This document shows positions 45,541 to 50,057 of a DNA stretch of 50,057 bases, one piece after another. The DNA comes from Saprolegnia diclina VS20 (taxonomy: Eukaryota): NCBI RefSeq assembly GCF_000281045.1, contig NW_008246100.1:528432-578488 (forward strand), written 5' to 3'. Made by a program: the position numbers and the translations under genes. Each line of letters starts with the position of its first letter. Within the stretch, counting starts at the first letter, position 1. The notes under the pieces are model-generated. The model was not told the origin of the DNA. It saw only the letters and a list, made by a program, of their open reading frames with translations, and did not search any database.

Positions 45541-48500
45541 ATGCGCCACCACTCGTCGCCCGAGATCTCGTCCGAGGTCATGGCGTCGGCGCTGGAGCTC
45601 ACGGAGGCGTCGCTCTGGGCCAAGATGGCGGACGACGAAAAGGTCTACGTGGAGCCGCAGTTTGAGCTCTATCGCTGCTACCCGCCCGACACGACGCTGC
45701 CCAAGTACTTTGTCAAGGCATGGCTACCATACGCCGCCGATACGCTCTTCAACGTGCTCGCCGACATTGCGTACCGCAAGACGTGGGACGCGTCCGTGAA
45801 GCAGGCCTACGTCGTCGACCAGTCGCCGCGCGACTGCATGCTCGACGTTGTCTACTGGTGCATCAAGATGCCATGGCCCTTCTCGAACCGCGACTACGTC
45901 TACCACCGGCGCGTCGCGTACCTCGAGAACGCGTTTGTGCTTGTCGCCCACGCCGGCCTGCACAAGGACGCGCCCGAAGTCAACCACACGATCCGCGTCG
46001 AAGCGTTCGCGTCGCGCATCGTGATTCGGTCGTCCGGCGTCAACGGCTGCGACATATACGTCGAGTACTGCGACGAGTCCAACTACAGCGTGCCGAACAC
46101 GCTCATCAACTGGGGCCTCCAAACCGGCCTCTCCTCGTACCTCAACGACCTCAAGATGGCGTGTGCCAACTACGCAGCGTACACGCGCAGCTTCAGCGAT
46201 GACGCGGTCCAAGAGATTCCGTCACAGCTCGTGCGACTGCGCTCGGAGCGAAAGAGCTCGATGCGGCGGCCGTCGCTGCGGCATGCGCGGTCATACTCGG
46301 TCGACGAGCCCGACCCGACGGTGTTTCCGCCGTCGCCGACGCACCGCCGCTTGTCGCCAACGAGTCGCAGCGCGCGGTCCGTCTCGGCGTTTGCGTTGCC
46401 GACCGCCGACGCCTCGACGTTCTTCCTCGACTTTATGCAAGATCACACCGGTCTCCGGCTCGAGACGGACGTGTATTCCAAGCTTGCAGTCGTCCTCGGG
46501 TGTGATCCCGGCACGGAGGCCGCCAAGTCGATGGCGGCCCTTCCTCGTGGCACGATCGTCGTGTCGCTCAACGCTGTCTCGGTCCAAGGACAGAGCGTAA
46601 AGGAGATCGTCGACCGCATTCGGCGGGCGCCGCGACCGCTCGTCATTGGCTTCCAGCTCGTCCATGATGATATTGTGGCAACGTCCGTGCTGGAAAAGTG
46701 CGTCTCAACTTGATTGTTTGATCGATTGATAGTATTCAAATGGAGTAGGTCGGACGATGCGGTCAAGCTCCACGTCCACCACAGTGACAACCTCCACGAA
46801 TACATTGGCGGCCGCGCGCCCAAAGCCGGGGCCGTGCTCATGCGCCCGTTCACGTTTCACCACGACGTGATTGTGCCGGCGGGCTGGCAAGTGCTCGAGA
46901 TCAACGGCGCCAACATGCTCGAGCTATCGCTGAACGAGGTCGTGCACTATCTCCGCTGCAACACGTCGGCCAAGCTCGTCGTCCTCGGCAAGGAAGATCG
47001 ACCGAAACTATCGCTCACGCGGCGGCTCTCGCGCGCCTTTAGCTCCAAGTCGCTCAAGCCAAAGCCACTCTCGGCTTCGTCATCGTCGTCGTCGACACCG
47101 CTGAGCACGTTGCCGCCGAGTCCGTCAGCTGCCGACGTCGACGCCCGCGCACTCCGCGAGACGCTCATGGACTACGGCCACGTCGCCGTCAACCTCGACA
47201 ATGCGCAGTGGGTTTGGACACACATTGAGCTGCTCATGAACGAAGAACGGCACTTCTCCGCGGGTCCGCTCATTGAAAAGCTCGAGCAATTTCTGAGCGC
47301 GCGCAAGGACAACCCGCTGTGTGCGTCGATCCAAGCGCAAGTGGACGCCAAGCAGCCAGCCCTCACCGTAGTCAAGGAGCGATGTGCCCAAGGTATGCAC
47401 GCTCTGCACGAGTTCAACGCCGACGCCGACGCCGGGTGGCGGTTCGCCCAAACCTACTTTGGCGTCTCGACTCACTGGAAACCGGGTATCTTACTTGTGC
47501 ATTCTCGCAGTGCACCTGACGCTAATGGTACTAGGCGACGATGGCACGATTTGGCTCAAACTCGATGGCATCTGCGAAGGCGTCGACATCTTCAATGCAC
47601 TCGCGGTCGTGCGGGAGACGGACCTCTTCAACCTCTGGGCGCCATTCTGCAACAAATCGTCGCTGCTTGCGACGCTCGGCCGCGTGGAACTGATCACGTA
47701 CCTCAGCGTTGCGATCCCGCTCATGCAGCGCGACGCGGTGGTCCACGCATTCGGCATCAACGCCACGTACGAGCACCGGTGTGTCGTGCTCCTCGGCAAG
47801 TCGATCACCGAGGACCAGAGTCCCGTCAACAACATTGAATTTCCACCCGTCAAAGGCTGGAACGCCGACCGCATGGAGCTACGGGCGTTCCGCGCGCTCG
47901 TCGAGCCGTATGCGCGCAATCGCGGTCGCACCTGTACAGTCGCCTCGCTCCAACGCAATAGTCTTATTTTAGCAATCGACTAGGTATCGTCGTCAACGTA
48001 CACCCCAAGTGCCCCGTGCCCATGTCGCTGCTCAACTTTACCATTAAAAAGATGGCTGGCGTCCTCCTCTACTTGCTCATGCGCGAAGCCGCCAAGGTTG
48101 AAAAGCATACAAACGAGCCGGGTACGACCAATCCGCACGTCTTGCGCATCCAGAACGACCCGTTCTACGCGTGGCTGCGCCTCCGCATGAACAAGTGGTT
48201 CGAGCACTTGGACGCTGGCACGCTTCCGACGCCGCTCTCGGTGCGCCCGCGCCTCGACCGCGCGTCCTCCGGGTCGGTCTACGGCACCCGCATCGAGTCC
48301 CAGACCAACCTCAAGTCGGCTCCGACGCGCCGCAAGAGCGGTGTCGACGTTGTGCGTGCGGTGCTGGACCGCGTCTATGACGTGGCCGTCTGGCCGTATG
48401 TACTTCTCGCGCTCGTGTACGGCTATCTCGTGACGCCGGCGACCCCGCTGCTGCATGCCCACGGCATGAAAGCTCTCTTGACGTGCGCCTTTGCGTGGTT

Positions 48501-48852
48501 TGGCGTCGCCGGATCCTTCTCGTGGCAGGCGCGCGTGAATGGTAGTCCTCGTTTGCAGCTCGGAATAAGAGGTTGATGGTGCTGTCTAGAGCACGTCATG
48601 GCCGAGATCCAACGGCTTCGGTTCCGAGTGGTGGTGCTGGCGCTCTTCTTTGAGCTGCTCTCGACGGTGATGGCGTACGTATGGACGCACCACTTGGCGT
48701 GCCGCGTCGGCCCCAGTCACTCGCAGCTCGCTTGCAGCCAGCGATCGCCCATCGAAGTCCGCACGACCGACCATTTTTGGATGGTTGCCAACTCGTTTCT
48801 CGCCGCGAGCTTTACGGTCGGAATCCAAATCCTTGTCAAGATACATATTTAA
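45541..48852 (+). CDS. START-PDZ-PDZ-START-like lipid-transfer protein with C-terminal TM helices, multi-exon; true start may lie upstream
   Basis: PCTP-like START (YRKTWD...VVYWCIKMPWPFSNRDYVYHRR); two PDZ-like units (GLRLE...IVVSLNAVSV...RPLVIGF; WQVLEINGANM); second START-like unit (VVRETDLFNLWAPFC...RDAV...PMSLLNF); hydrophobic final exons. Confidence 0.75.
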
Positions 48853-49124
48853 CTCACACACAATACAGCCAAGTAGCATGGGGACGCGGCGATCGTCGTT
48901 GCGGTGCTGTAACACCAGGATGCCACGTCATGCACGAATCTCACACACCATTTTCATAAAATGTGTTGTTGGCTTCCACTGAAAACACGTGCACATACCA
49001 CATTATTGGTTTTGACGCATGGTGCGAACGTCGCAGCTTCGAGTGAGCGGTTGGCACCTTGATATACATTTGGCACAGGGAATACGCGTAGCAAATGGTA
49101 GCCTCGGGTTGAAGAAGGTAGTTA

Positions 49125-50057
49125 CTACTTGTTGCCCAAGGCGAGGAACGCATGTGCCTCAATGGCGCTGAGCGAGAGTCGCTTCGTCTCGTCGTCGACG
49201 AGGATCTGGGAGATCAAGTCGATGCCATCGACCGACATGTCGTCGGGGAAATTGAGGGGCAACAGCGTGTCACCCTCGCCGTCAGTGACCGGAGCGGCCC
49301 CCGTGAGAAGGGTGAAAAGAACGATGCCAAGGCTCCACAAGTCCACCTAACATAAACAATATGAGAACGCGGGGCGTTTTGTGTTCCTGGACGTGCCGGT
49401 GTCGAGTGGCACTTGTCCGACTTCATTTCCTTGGGTGGGTTAGTGTTGGGGCCCGGGAGAGAGACCCGCTTGCCCCGAGCGGCCCCACTAAAGTTTGCGA
49501 TCTTCACCTTGCCCTAGACAAATAGAATACTCCAAATGGCAGGTCCTTCGTGGTCATACGTCTTCCGTGACAAGAATGTTGTCAAACGTGAGGCGGCGGT
49601 GAGCGACCCCGTTGCCGTGGATGGTCTTGAGGCCTTGGACCAGCTGGCAAGCAACCTTGGCAACTTCCAGCGGCGCAACGGGACCTGGCGCCGGGTAAAC
49701 GTCGTTCAAGTCGCCCATGGCGCAGTACTCCGTCACGATAAATACTTTGTCGGCGGTGTAAAACCACCCAAAGACAGGCACGACTGCGGGATCTTGAATG
49801 TGAAAACCAAATTCGACCGCCCGCCGAAAGTTCACACACGCGCCGTACGTCATCGACGCGCGCACGATCGCCTTGATGGCGACAGCAGTGCCAGTCGGAC
49901 AGTGTGTGGCCTTGAACACGGTAGTGGTCTTGCCCGTCGCAATTGGTGCGTAGTCTTCAAAGTCGTCATAATCGAGCAACGTGCCGCCTTCCGAAAAGGG
50001 GCGTGGGTAGCAACCCAGCTCGCGAGGGTACTCTTCGCGGAAGAGGTGCGGAAACAA
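49125..50057 (-). CDS. Protein kinase fold (Aurora/CAMK-like), probable pseudokinase; 5'-truncated by the window edge
   Basis: AVAIK, VFIVTEYC..GDL and VDLWSLGIVLFTLLTG are present, but the catalytic loop reads HRRLTFDN and the DFG position reads NFS; at least 3 exons. Confidence 0.82.

Overview
Gene-dense eukaryotic genomic DNA: GC-rich exons, mostly short (~40-55 nt) GT-AG introns, very short intergenic spaces and one 100-N assembly gap. Gene content, intron style and Inr/FPR and CCAAT promoter motifs point to an oomycete, probably Saprolegniales (inference). About 26 protein-coding genes can be supported: REV7/MAD2L2, RING-H2 protein, GPI-type EGF-like surface protein, RPL39, ABHD11-like hydrolase, PH protein, RPS24, a small CaaX protein, CBM9-like protein, a ~10 kb Piezo channel, helicase-associated (HA) repeat protein, ZNHIT2, PDZ-PDZ-PH-PH protein, PAPS reductase-glutaredoxin fusion, CASC1/DNAI7, macro-domain protein, ORC5, Qc-SNARE, GOST/TMEM87-type 7TM protein, EXO1, IQ coiled-coil protein, MIC13/Mic12-like protein, START-PDZ-PDZ-START membrane protein, a truncated pseudokinase, and a low-confidence secreted peptide. 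The most notable observations are: (1) a Piezo carrying inserted C2-like, FN3 and PH domains; (2) an 8-mer TCCGGATA seen nine times, only in upstream/intergenic DNA and often as paired sites; (3) an unusually long, structured RPS24 intron; (4) the PAPS reductase-Grx fusion; (5) a MIC13-like gene. All family calls come from motif recognition by eye, with no database search. No CRISPR, rRNA or tRNA was recognised.
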